Positions 28,086 to 36,561 of a stretch of DNA of 64,000 nucleotides are shown piece by piece (within the stretch, counting starts at the first letter, position 1; each line of letters begins with the position of its first letter). Source of the DNA: a virus; IMG/VR virus record IMGVR_UViG_3300042893_001581, positions 43,969 to 107,968 of that record; one strand, written 5' to 3'. The notes under the pieces were generated by a model. The model was given only the letters and a program-made list of their open reading frames with translations, ran no database searches and was not told the origin of the DNA. The position numbers were made by a program, and so were the translations under genes.

Positions 28086-28102
28086 AACTTTATATTTTAA
28101 TT

Positions 28103-28318
28103 TTATTGTTTAAACGAAAATGATTCTTGCTCCCACTTTCCACTGATAGGACACAAAGTCTCAAGTGTATAGTCTCCATTGTAAGCACGATTCTCACGGT
28201 GAGTCAACCACACTTTTTCGTCTCCTGAGTCCAGGACTAGCTCATCACCATCCCAAGCCTGTTCGATTGATTCAAGTACAATAAGATCTGAACGTCTGTA
28301 AATTCCTTCTCTAAACAT
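28103..28318 (-). CDS. hypothetical protein
   Basis: 71-aa ORF in the cassette-2 operon. Confidence 0.7.
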   Translation of the reverse strand: MFREGIYRRSDLIVLESIEQAWDGDELVLDSGDEKVWLTHRENRAYNGDYTLETLCPISGKWEQESFSFKQ

Positions 28319-28357
28319 ATATAATAATTTTGTTGGTTAATTAATTTTGGTTGGAAA

Positions 28358-28774
28358 TTAGGCGGCATTCATTACGAATGCTTTACACGCCCAATTCTTA
28401 GCATTGACATACGCATACTGTTTTTGAGAATATAGATTCGTGTCAATCCAATAAGAGTTGATAGTACCGACAGTAAGATCTTTAAGTATCTCCTCATCAA
28501 TCACGACAACTTTTTTACCTTTTCTAGCGAATACAGTAAGCCAGTGCTGTCCGCCTTCTGCCATGAATTGGATAGTTTGAAGTGAACCCTTTTTCCAGCT
28601 AGACAACAGTTGAGCAGGTCCAAAATTATTAGCCATGTCATCGTTATATTTTGCTTCCGCAATACTCATGAACCCGGCTTGACATTTGTAGACGATCCTG
28701 TAAGATCCTTTTTGTTCTCTGATAAAGTTACAGGTTCCGAGTCCGAGGGTGTTGATAATCTTGTTCATATTCAT
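28358..28774 (-). CDS. early hypothetical protein (first gene of cassette 2)
   Basis: ATG lies within the AATCAATAATGA leader. Confidence 0.8.
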   Translation of the reverse strand: MNMNKIINTLGLGTCNFIREQKGSYRIVYKCQAGFMSIAEAKYNDDMANNFGPAQLLSSWKKGSLQTIQFMAEGGQHWLTVFARKGKKVVVIDEEILKDLTVGTINSYWIDTNLYSQKQYAYVNAKNWACKAFVMNAA

Positions 28775-28922
28775 TATTGATTTGTTACATAGTAAAATTA
28801 AGACATTTCACTCAAATAAAAAAATTTATTTTAGTCTTTTTTAAAAATTTTCGATTGAAAACCAATCAGTTATAAGTGGTTAAAAACCAATCAGTTATAA
28901 AGTATTGATAATCAACCAGTTA
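28771..28922 (-). promoter_or_regulatory. early promoter cassette 2
   Basis: TAATTTTA at 28793-28800; palindromes 28848-28872, 28873-28897 and 28898-28922. Confidence 0.8.
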
Positions 28923-28923
28923 T

Positions 28924-28953
28924 AAAAAAGAGGCCCGGATAGATATCCAGGCC
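28924..28953 (-). terminator. intrinsic terminator of the HTH gene
   Basis: GGCCUGGAU-AUCU-AUCCGGGCC followed by UCUUUUUU; the U-G wobble pairs only on the - strand. Confidence 0.85.
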
Positions 28954-28980
28954 GAAATAATCAATAATGATAGAGGTTAT
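28924..28980 (-). ncRNA. candidate 3'UTR-derived antisense sRNA
   Basis: Contains UCAUUAUUGAUU (28959-28970), exactly complementary to five start-codon regions, 5 nt before the terminator stem. Confidence 0.4.
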
Positions 28981-29225
28981 TAAGCCTCCAAGCTAGAAAG
29001 CTTGTACACATTAGACTTACGTCCACGTGTCATGTCGTAAGCTTCATTAACGATACGATCGTTGAAGTACTTACCTGTTAGTACGTCAGCCACATGAGTG
29101 GTAGAAAAACCGGTTGTCTCAGCAACTCTAGTTACATCTCCAAGACGGAGCTTTCTGTTTACACGACTAACTTTCTGAATGTAGCTCAATTTAGTGTAAG
29201 AGCTCGGGCGATTTGAATTTTGCAT
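28980..29225 (-). CDS. small helix-turn-helix DNA-binding protein
   Basis: LGDVTRVAETTGFSTTHVADVLTG is a Cro/LacI-type HTH pattern; basic, 81 aa. Confidence 0.7.
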   Translation of the reverse strand: MQNSNRPSSYTKLSYIQKVSRVNRKLRLGDVTRVAETTGFSTTHVADVLTGKYFNDRIVNEAYDMTRGRKSNVYKLSSLEA

Positions 29226-29315
29226 AACTGTTTTTTTGTTGTTTTTTAATATATATGTAAATTAAGACGTTTTTCTGTATTATAAAAATCTATCTTTAGA
29301 GTAGATAAGTTTTTT

Positions 29316-29510
29316 TTAGAACTCATCTTCAAATAGATCTTCTCCAAAGTCTTCAAATACCGGCTGATTCATTTCAGCATTCACTAAGTCTAAAGTTTGT
29401 AGTGCAAACTCTTTACTAACCCAAGGACTACCGTCTACGTCTACAATATCTGCTATGTAGTAAAGTCCGTCCATTTCTTTTAAGTCGCTCAATTTCATTT
29501 TGTAATTCAT
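29316..29510 (-). CDS. small acidic protein
   Basis: 64 aa; AATAAAGGTTATG start context. Confidence 0.7.
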   Translation of the reverse strand: MNYKMKLSDLKEMDGLYYIADIVDVDGSPWVSKEFALQTLDLVNAEMNQPVFEDFGEDLFEDEF

Positions 29511-29613
29511 AACCTTTATTGTTTTAATTTATTTGTATCACCATATTCTAGTTTATTTTTATTCCTATATTGGTAATATTAGTACTAATTTTGGAATAAT
29601 TCTAAACTATTTG

Positions 29614-29690
29614 TAGTCAGGGCCGGACTCGAACCGGATAAGCAACTCATTAAGAGACTTGGGACCATCCCGCATTACACCCACCTGACT
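29614..29690 (-). tRNA. degenerate tRNA or tRNA-like RNA (nominal loop CU-UAA-UG)
   Basis: Perfect acceptor stem AGTCAGG/CCTGACT and T-arm CCGG-TTCGAGT-CCGG; D and anticodon arms non-canonical; 3' end ACAA, no CCA. Confidence 0.6.
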
Positions 29691-29696
29691 AGTTGT

Positions 29697-29900
29697 TTAA
29701 TCCCAACAACCTGCCATGACTTCTAAATGGTGGTCGATAGCAATTTGAGTGGATCTGAAAGAGTCATAGTCATACTTAAACTCTGGCCACCTACTATCAT
29801 CATCCCATCCTTTAGGGAACATAGGTTCGTAATTAGGATTCTGTTGCATGTATTCTTCTTGGCTCATGCGGACCATTTTTTCTAATTCATTCTTACACAT
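29697..29900 (-). CDS. hypothetical protein
   Basis: 67-aa ORF. Confidence 0.65.
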   Translation of the reverse strand: MCKNELEKMVRMSQEEYMQQNPNYEPMFPKGWDDDSRWPEFKYDYDSFRSTQIAIDHHLEVMAGCWD

Positions 29901-29921
29901 ATTATAAAATTTTAATTGTTA

Positions 29922-30164
29922 CTAAAGATAATCTTGGATGTCGTATGAATGTTCTGTCTGATAGATCTTGACAATACTATCTCCATGAAATTCAATACTC
30001 TTTTTTAGAGCTTCACGATTCTTGACAGGATAATCAAGTATCCCACCGTTAGGATGTCTTAATTCGACCCTTACGCAATCGTAAGACTCAATGTATCCGG
30101 TAAATTCTGCGTCAAACTGTTCTTGTTCTGTCTCAAAAGTGAATTTAAATTCTGTCATAGTCAT
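29922..30164 (-). CDS. early hypothetical protein
   Basis: Start reassigned to ATG 30164 in AATCAATAATGA (MTMTEFKF), which removes the overlap. Confidence 0.75.
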   Translation of the reverse strand: MTMTEFKFTFETEQEQFDAEFTGYIESYDCVRVELRHPNGGILDYPVKNREALKKSIEFHGDSIVKIYQTEHSYDIQDYL

Positions 30165-30187
30165 TATTGATTTATTGTTATTCAAGA

Positions 30188-30427
30188 TTAGGCTTCGATA
30201 TGGACACCAAAAATGTAAGAAGTAACTTCGCATTCAAGGTTTAGCATTAAGTCGCCAGGTCCGATATGACGCCTAACAAATGATTTGTCTATGTACAGAC
30301 CATCTAGAGTGACAGTATCGTCATTCTTAAAAGATTCAAAATAATCCGCAGTCCTGTTCAAGCATCTGCTTCTGAGGGCGGCTGTCAATTGCGGGAGGTT
30401 CATCCTGTAGTTACTAAGCATATTCAT
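30188..30427 (-). CDS. early hypothetical protein (first gene of cassette 3)
   Basis: ATG lies within the AATCAATAATGA leader. Confidence 0.75.
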   Translation of the reverse strand: MNMLSNYRMNLPQLTAALRSRCLNRTADYFESFKNDDTVTLDGLYIDKSFVRRHIGPGDLMLNLECEVTSYIFGVHIEA

Positions 30428-30576
30428 TATTGATTTGATACATAGTAAAATTAAGACATATTTTTGACATAAAAAAATTTATTTTAGTTTTTTCCAAAAG
30501 TTTTTATTGGAAATCAATAAGTTATAACTGATTGGTTATCAATTACTTATATAAATGGTTGAAAATCAATAACTTA
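30424..30576 (-). promoter_or_regulatory. early promoter cassette 3
   Basis: TAATTTTA at 30446-30453; palindromes 30500-30524, 30525-30549 and 30552-30576. Confidence 0.8.
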
Positions 30577-30579
30577 TGC

Positions 30580-30888
30580 CTATATTTTGTATTCTGATTC
30601 CAAATGGTTCCAAAGTGACTCTAAATCATAGCAAATAGGACTGTCATCTTTATCCCATGCACCAGGATCATCCTTACTATATTTGCTACCAAAATCACAG
30701 TCATAACAAAACCAACTGAACCAGTCATAACCTTCTTCTCCATAAATCTCTTTAATTAGTATAGTAATTACTGATTCATAAGGATCTGCAAACTCAACTA
30801 AATCTATATTAAGTTTGTACAGTTGATTAGTTACTTCACTTTGATTCTTTAATGTCGCTACAATCTTAGTAAATGTTTCTAATTTCAT
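30580..30888 (-). CDS. hypothetical phage protein
   Basis: DWFSWFCYDCDFG...ESLWNHL. Confidence 0.75.
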   Translation of the reverse strand: MKLETFTKIVATLKNQSEVTNQLYKLNIDLVEFADPYESVITILIKEIYGEEGYDWFSWFCYDCDFGSKYSKDDPGAWDKDDSPICYDLESLWNHLESEYKI

Positions 30889-30976
30889 AATTTAGAATTT
30901 ACCCCATTGACTTTTCTTCTTAAGTTCTGCTGCTATTTTAAAGCCTAAGAAAATATCCTTAAAAAACTTTATTATT

Positions 30977-31531
30977 TTATTTTTCATTTTTTTTCTTTGT
31001 CCATTTAGAATTAGCCATTAGATCATCCCAATCTTTATATCCTTCACTACGAGCGTACTCATCATTCTTTTTTCTACGGTATGCCGCTGATGCCTCAGGT
31101 TCTCTCATCTGATCACTATCAGTAAAGCCAAGTGACTTAGCACATTCCTCTTCACACCATTCATGTGAACCTATCTTTATTTCAATTGGTAGATCTGTTT
31201 CAATTGATTCAATAAAGTCTTCAAACTGTTTTGCAACTTCATGAGGTAGACTATAGATTCCTTCATCTACTTGATATCCTGATTCAGTTTGTTTATCAAA
31301 TATTTCAATCCTACCCATTCTGTATTTCTCACCAAATAAACTAAATACGCCGTAACCTACAGTTGAATAATAATATCTACCACGTCTTGCTTTACCATTT
31401 ACATCAATACAACCTGGGTTCATCTCAATGTAATTAGCAAGATGATCAGCAAACTCTTCAGGAGTTGAGTTAGGATAGTTGTACTTAACGTTATCTATAT
31501 ACCATTTAAGATCTTGCCTATTTACTTTCAT
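30977..31531 (-). CDS. hypothetical protein
   Basis: 184-aa ORF. Confidence 0.75.
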   Translation of the reverse strand: MKVNRQDLKWYIDNVKYNYPNSTPEEFADHLANYIEMNPGCIDVNGKARRGRYYYSTVGYGVFSLFGEKYRMGRIEIFDKQTESGYQVDEGIYSLPHEVAKQFEDFIESIETDLPIEIKIGSHEWCEEECAKSLGFTDSDQMREPEASAAYRRKKNDEYARSEGYKDWDDLMANSKWTKKKNEK

Positions 31532-31534
31532 AGG

Positions 31535-31771
31535 TTATTTAATTTTAACTTCACCTTTAACTAACCAAATTATTGGAGCAGACAACAAAAACCATAGTCT
31601 CCATAAAAAACCACCTCGAGTATGTAACTCAAACACATGTTTTAATCTACCATTTTCTACCTTAAACCAATCTTTTTTTGGATTATTAATAGGTAATTTA
31701 TATCCATTATCTACTGGTCCAGATGCAAATAGATAAGGTGTACCGTCTTGCATTATATCTTGTTGTGTCAT
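31535..31771 (-). CDS. hypothetical protein
   Basis: 78 aa, coupled to the upstream ORF. Confidence 0.7.
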   Translation of the reverse strand: MTQQDIMQDGTPYLFASGPVDNGYKLPINNPKKDWFKVENGRLKHVFELHTRGGFLWRLWFLLSAPIIWLVKGEVKIK

Positions 31772-32064
31772 AACTTATTATATTTACTATCACTTATTTT
31801 AAGTCCACAATATAAATCAAGGAAAGCCATTTCACGAGAAGCTATTTTAGAATAATAACGTTTCTTCTTTTTAATATGCTTAGTTCCCCATTCTCTCCAC
31901 TCCTTATTCTGTTCTTCAGTCATGGTATACTGTTGGAACCAATTATCCTGTCTACCTTCTACATCTTCAAACTTAAGATCATGGCCTGCTATCTCAAACA
32001 TCTTATCAATAAGTTCTTTAAGGAGAGTTCTTTCTTTGTTTGCTTTTATTTCATGCCTTGTCAT
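31768..32064 (-). CDS. hypothetical protein
   Basis: 98-aa ORF. Confidence 0.75.
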   Translation of the reverse strand: MTRHEIKANKERTLLKELIDKMFEIAGHDLKFEDVEGRQDNWFQQYTMTEEQNKEWREWGTKHIKKKKRYYSKIASREMAFLDLYCGLKISDSKYNKL

Positions 32065-32105
32065 TGTAGTATAATTTTTCGAATCAACACAATTTATATA
32101 TATAT

Positions 32106-32113
32106 CAAATATA
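32106..32113 (-). promoter_or_regulatory. Bacteroidota-type -7 promoter box TATATTTG
   Basis: Perfect TAnnTTTG in the intergenic gap, ~40 nt upstream of ATG 32064. Confidence 0.55.
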
Positions 32114-32138
32114 CAACATTTCCCGGACCAGAGAAATT

Positions 32139-32348
32139 CTAACTTTTTAGTGAATCAATCTCTTCTTGTAATTCTAGTAGAGACTTTGGATCTAAATCTG
32201 TTTGTAGTATTACACCTATTATATACCTAGTAACTATCTTAGACCTTTCTAGTAATACGTGTTCTGGTTCTTTACAACTCGGTTCTGCAAATCTGTTTTC
32301 AATTATAAATCTAACTGCTTTTATTATCTCTGTTGCTTCTCTTTTCAT
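32139..32348 (-). CDS. hypothetical protein
   Basis: 69-aa ORF. Confidence 0.6.
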   Translation of the reverse strand: MKREATEIIKAVRFIIENRFAEPSCKEPEHVLLERSKIVTRYIIGVILQTDLDPKSLLELQEEIDSLKS

Positions 32349-32363
32349 TGAATATTTATTTGT

Positions 32364-32612
32364 ATGGTAAATAAATTTAAATATTATCTATTAAGATATT
32401 GGGTAAGCATATCTTTTCTTATTTTAGCTTTTTACTTTTATGAGCCTACGCAATCTACAATTCACTGTTCACCGGATTCTATTCTACAAGATACAAAAGT
32501 AAAAACATTACTAGGTCTAAATGAAATGACTTTAATGTGGATCTTAATGGCTGTAGCTCATGGTGCTAACTCATGCTACTGCGATATCAAATCCCTATTA
32601 AAGAAAGGTTAG
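32364..32612 (+). CDS. small membrane protein, lone + strand gene
   Basis: Two hydrophobic segments; ATATTTAT at 32352-32359; fills the gap between - strand genes. Confidence 0.65.
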   Translation: MVNKFKYYLLRYWVSISFLILAFYFYEPTQSTIHCSPDSILQDTKVKTLLGLNEMTLMWILMAVAHGANSCYCDIKSLLKKG

Positions 32613-33082
32613 TCTTTTAGTCTATGTGTTACTGTAATGATATTTACTTGTGTTACTGTATTTGATTCTTCTTTATCGTAGTTCACACAAATAGCAGATC
32701 TAATTACACCTTGAATATCAACAACTCTTTGATCATACATCTTCTCTGTAATTTTAGGTGACTCATCTTCAATACAACAAGGTCCACCACAATTTTTAAA
32801 CCTAACTACTTTAGATATAGTGTATATGTTTCTAGTATTGGTTCTTGCTATTGCTTTCTGAATTATATCTATATGTTCTGGCAGATAAAAGTCAAAGCTA
32901 TCTAAATAGCAAATCTGTTTTAAGTCATCATTTAATATAGATTGTATTGCTACGTCTATAGAGTCGGGCGTAGTTTCGTATACTTTGAAGTCCTTATTAG
33001 TTTGTTGTTCTAAAGAGTCTAAACATATTTGTAGATGTTCTGCTTCTCCGTCCTCATGCTTTATTAAAAGTACTGCAATCAT
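32609..33082 (-). CDS. short, divergent GT2-like protein
   Basis: LQICLDSLEQQTNKDFKV and ICYLDSFDFYLPEHI. Confidence 0.5.
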   Translation of the reverse strand: MIAVLLIKHEDGEAEHLQICLDSLEQQTNKDFKVYETTPDSIDVAIQSILNDDLKQICYLDSFDFYLPEHIDIIQKAIARTNTRNIYTISKVVRFKNCGGPCCIEDESPKITEKMYDQRVVDIQGVIRSAICVNYDKEESNTVTQVNIITVTHRLKD

Positions 33083-33171
33083 ATTTTGTTTTATTTAGTA
33101 TTGATTCTGGCATATTTGTATTTATGGTATTTTTTAGGCCCTCTCGGAAAGTGCCCTACCCGCGGCCGCGC

Positions 33172-33402
33172 TTACTCATATCCTTCTACATTACGTAGTC
33201 CTGAGTATTCACATATGTTTGCTCCTGTTATTTGATACGCATCCCAAAGATTCTTCATTGCTTCATCTATAAGTTTTTTAATCTCATCATTAGAAGCCGG
33301 ATGATCATAACAGTATTCATCTATATTACCCATGATAACGCTTAGTCTATCTGCTAATTCTAGATAGTGTCCTGAGTTGAATTCTTTATAATTTTTTTCC
33401 AT
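33172..33402 (-). CDS. hypothetical protein
   Basis: 76-aa ORF. Confidence 0.7.
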   Translation of the reverse strand: MEKNYKEFNSGHYLELADRLSVIMGNIDEYCYDHPASNDEIKKLIDEAMKNLWDAYQITGANICEYSGLRNVEGYE

Positions 33403-33519
33403 TGGTGTTTAATTTCTTTTTGTTTTTATCTATTTGAATTTGTCTATACCATTTACCCAACCAATTTGTGGCTTGATAGTTTTCCCAATACTTAATCTCT
33501 GTTTCTATCTTTTTCTTTT

Positions 33520-33900
33520 TTATCTTTTCCATAACCTTAATATCTTATTTCTTAGTGGAAAATACCATTCATATTTTAGAAAGATGTGTAATTTAAAATA
33601 ATTATCTACATCTTGTCTCCATTGTTTTATATATCCCATTAGTTCTTGCATTTCAGTTTCAGAAGGTTTCTTTGCTTTGAACTCTTCTGTATCTGTCCAA
33701 TAAAATAACCTTATGTCATCCCATATTTTACCCATACCTTTATTTTGAAGGTCTCCATATGAAATTATATAAGTAGGATAGTCATGGATCATAAACATTT
33801 GTTTCCTTTTTTCTTTTCTAGTAGGAAACTTTATTCCTGATCTATAATCTTCGTACCAATAAGTATACCAACGACTGGATCCGAAACGACTATACGCCAT
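33520..33900 (-). CDS. hypothetical protein
   Basis: MAYSRF..S.WY.YW start; 126 aa. Confidence 0.75.
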   Translation of the reverse strand: MAYSRFGSSRWYTYWYEDYRSGIKFPTRKEKRKQMFMIHDYPTYIISYGDLQNKGMGKIWDDIRLFYWTDTEEFKAKKPSETEMQELMGYIKQWRQDVDNYFKLHIFLKYEWYFPLRNKILRLWKR

Positions 33901-33906
33901 AACTTT

Positions 33907-34071
33907 TTATTTTACAGTTAAATACATTTTTAACTTTGATAGTTTGTTTACTTCTTCTATTAATTTATTAATAGTTACTTTCCACTCTTGATATTCTACC
34001 TTCTTTCTTTTATCAGGCATATCAATAAACATTTCTTCTATACGATCTACTAGATCAACTACATTAGGCAT
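33907..34071 (-). CDS. small hypothetical protein (54 aa)
   Basis: MPNVVDLVDRIEEMFIDMPDKRKK...; fills a gap. Confidence 0.6.
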   Translation of the reverse strand: MPNVVDLVDRIEEMFIDMPDKRKKVEYQEWKVTINKLIEEVNKLSKLKMYLTVK

Positions 34072-34237
34072 TAACTTGTTTTTTATTTGTTATAATCTCT
34101 TGACATGTTTCAAGTACATCTTTCCAATAAGATACGTGATTTGTTTCTATAGTGTCTTCTAATAAACTATTAACAACCTCAATACAATTCTCCCCATATC
34201 TTTCTACTAAAAAGTCTGCTCTTTCTTTTATAGTCAT
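34064..34237 (-). CDS. small phage protein, MTxKE(K/R)A family (57 aa)
   Basis: MTIKERADFL...CIEVV...YWKDVLE. Confidence 0.6.
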   Translation of the reverse strand: MTIKERADFLVERYGENCIEVVNSLLEDTIETNHVSYWKDVLETCQEIITNKKQVNA

Positions 34238-34242
34238 AAAAT

Positions 34243-34980
34243 TTATCTTACTGATCCTACACTTAACTTACCTTCTTCGATTATTAGATATTGTCCTGAA
34301 GTTTCCATAGTGTCTATGAAGTAGTATCTACCACCTGTAAACTTATCGCTTTCGTCCAAATTTAATCTACGCATTTGAGTATGGCCTACAATTTGAATGT
34401 AGTCTTTCTTTAATCCTTTATTATGTTTCTTATTTGCAGACATTAATGATCTAGGCCTAATCCAAATTGGTGTTTGCGTTGTATTATCTCCATGAGCATC
34501 AAAGCCATTAAAGTCAAATGCTCTAGGTTTATATTTAAACAATTCATTTAGATCAACTACAACATTTTCTTTACTCCAATCATTTTCACCAAACACTTGA
34601 TCCATAAATACAGGACTTACACCTGCATGAGTGAATAGATACTCACCAAAACCATAAGCCATTTGTAAATGATGTCTATTCTCATCTACTACTTGCATAA
34701 TAGAAGGCGCGATACCAGTTTGAAAGCCTGATGTACCTGTGTATCCTACTTCTGGGAAATAATGATGATCGTGATTACCAATCAACATTATAACCTCAAC
34801 TTGTGGATTTGTTTCTTTATAGTGGAGGATTTCTTTAAAGTTATTAATCTGCTCTATTCCACTAAGTTCAAATGAGTCAAAGTAATCACCAATGAATATA
34901 ACTCTATCAGGCTTTTCTTGATGAATAGCAAGTTTCCAATTAGATCTTCCGTGAGTGTCTCCTATTACAATAGTTTTCAT
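34243..34980 (-). CDS. calcineurin-like metallophosphoesterase
   Basis: GDTHG, GDYFD, GNHD, THAG and GHT motifs; start moved to 34980. Confidence 0.9.
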   Translation of the reverse strand: MKTIVIGDTHGRSNWKLAIHQEKPDRVIFIGDYFDSFELSGIEQINNFKEILHYKETNPQVEVIMLIGNHDHHYFPEVGYTGTSGFQTGIAPSIMQVVDENRHHLQMAYGFGEYLFTHAGVSPVFMDQVFGENDWSKENVVVDLNELFKYKPRAFDFNGFDAHGDNTTQTPIWIRPRSLMSANKKHNKGLKKDYIQIVGHTQMRRLNLDESDKFTGGRYYFIDTMETSGQYLIIEEGKLSVGSVR

Positions 34981-35324
34981 TTCCACAATATTTGTATCAA
35001 AATTATAACTAATGCAAGAAATAAACAAATTGAAGTCTTTAGTGAGATACCTTCTTTAAACAAAAACCAAGTAAGTGCAATAAAGACTACGACTCCAATC
35101 CCAAAACCTAATAGTCTTGAAGGCCAAGTCTCTCCATTAAATGCTATGATAAAATTTTGAACACTCTTCATGAATGCCCAACTAATAGGAAGTCCGAGTA
35201 GCATAAGAGCCCAACTATATTTCTCAGTCCAACCCCACTTGATACCTCCTTGTAATTGAATAAAAGATAAGACTTGTCCTATAACACCGTAAAGAACTCC
35301 GTAAACTAAATTTAACAAAACCAT
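34977..35324 (-). CDS. 4-TM SMR/DMT-like membrane protein
   Basis: 115 aa, four TM helices, C-terminal ..WFLFKEGISLKT. Confidence 0.6.
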   Translation of the reverse strand: MVLLNLVYGVLYGVIGQVLSFIQLQGGIKWGWTEKYSWALMLLGLPISWAFMKSVQNFIIAFNGETWPSRLLGFGIGVVVFIALTWFLFKEGISLKTSICLFLALVIILIQILWK

Positions 35325-35336
35325 TTTATTTCTTTT

Positions 35337-35615
35337 TTATTCCTCTTCTGTACTTAAATACAAGTTTGAGGAGTTGTTACCACCAATTTCAGCAATGGCA
35401 TCTTTGTTAATTAATTCATGGATCTCTTTCTTGATCTCTTTATAAGCAGCAATATATTCTTCAAGTTTCTTTTTATCATCAGGAGAAAGGTTAGATACTC
35501 TTTCTTTCATACTCCTATTACCTTTAACTGGAATAGTTTCCTCTTGAGGCATTGATTCATCTTCCATTAATGATAAGATTGCTTTGCTATACTTAACTGG
35601 ATCTACGTAATTCAT
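35337..35615 (-). CDS. hypothetical late protein
   Basis: Start moved to ATG 35615 (MNYVDP), 13 nt downstream of ATATTTAT 35629-35636. Confidence 0.7.
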   Translation of the reverse strand: MNYVDPVKYSKAILSLMEDESMPQEETIPVKGNRSMKERVSNLSPDDKKKLEEYIAAYKEIKKEIHELINKDAIAEIGGNNSSNLYLSTEEE

Positions 35616-35625
35616 TTGATTCTTT

Positions 35626-35829
35626 TTAATAAATATTTGACATCTTAACAAGTTCTTTGGCAATCTTACTATCTTTAATAACATGAACTTCAAAGTCATT
35701 TTTAGATCCTGCTGCCACTATACCTGTGTATCTCTCGGCAGTTGAATGCTTTACACAAGAAGTAGAATATCCTAATGCTACACGTTTTGGGTGGATCTCA
35801 GTTCCACACACTTTACAATATTTTTTCAT
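35626..35829 (-). CDS. TraR/DksA-type zinc-finger protein
   Basis: CKVCGTEIHPKRVALGYSTSCVKH. Confidence 0.65.
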   Translation of the reverse strand: MKKYCKVCGTEIHPKRVALGYSTSCVKHSTAERYTGIVAAGSKNDFEVHVIKDSKIAKELVKMSNIY

Positions 35830-36095
35830 AACTCTTGAATTTGTTTTAATAATTCTGTAACTTCATCAGGTGTTAAATGTCCTCTAACGTCTCCATTGGC
35901 TACTGGATTGTCGTAATGTAGCTTTCCATTCTCATCTAATACAGCAAGCTCATAAAGGCCTTCTTTTCCTCCATAACTAAAGTTGTGTCTAACTATGCTG
36001 GCTCCGTATCCGTTGCCAAATTGAATTCTACACTGCACTCCATTATAGAATAGATCTTTCATTTCTATAAATTCTAAGTCTTTAAATGTCTTCAT
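35826..36095 (-). CDS. conserved phage protein
   Basis: F.NGYGASIV...SYGG.EGLYELAVL...DV.G.LT. Confidence 0.8.
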   Translation of the reverse strand: MKTFKDLEFIEMKDLFYNGVQCRIQFGNGYGASIVRHNFSYGGKEGLYELAVLDENGKLHYDNPVANGDVRGHLTPDEVTELLKQIQEL

Positions 36096-36105
36096 GTTTT
36101 TATTT

Positions 36106-36561
36106 TTACCAACTTGATGAATAATAATAATCTCCGTCAGGATCTGATAAAGCCTCGTCTATTATTTTTACGGTTTCATGTAGATCATCAAAATAATATT
36201 CATCATATTCAGTACCACCAAAAAAACAACCACTAGTAGTAGGAAGTAGTTCAGGAGCTTTATTACCGTCTTCAATTACTTGAAGGCAAAGATCTTTAAG
36301 TTCTTGAAGTTTATTTGGAAATACAAAATACTCTCCACAATCATCATGTCCTTTTTGAATATTATCTACGAACCATTTATGAATAGCATTTGCTTTACGC
36401 CAATATCCTATTTCTTCAATTATATATTTAACGCGACTACTTTTAATTGTAGGATGATCTTTGCCGCCTTTAGTAACAGAGACCTGATCTCTATACTCTT
36501 CTTTAAAAAAATCACCTTGAGATATATAAAGTTTTTTATACATGTACATGTCTAGTCCCAT
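36106..36561 (-). CDS. conserved phage protein
   Basis: MGLDMY...GYWRKANAIHKWF...LLPT.SG.FFG.TEYDEYY...YYSSSW. Confidence 0.85.
   Translation of the reverse strand: MGLDMYMYKKLYISQGDFFKEEYRDQVSVTKGGKDHPTIKSSRVKYIIEEIGYWRKANAIHKWFVDNIQKGHDDCGEYFVFPNKLQELKDLCLQVIEDGNKAPELLPTTSGCFFGGTEYDEYYFDDLHETVKIIDEALSDPDGDYYYSSSW

Noticed and set aside
28967-28996. + strand ATG after AATCAATA as a real gene start
   Set aside because: It gives only a 9-aa peptide (MIEVIKPPS) antisense to the HTH gene, with no promoter evident.
29648-29656. Ochre-suppressor (UUA) reading of the tRNA-like element, or an alternative genetic code
   Set aside because: The loop register does not give U33 before UUA. Genes are intact in code 11 and TAA, TAG and TGA all serve as stops.
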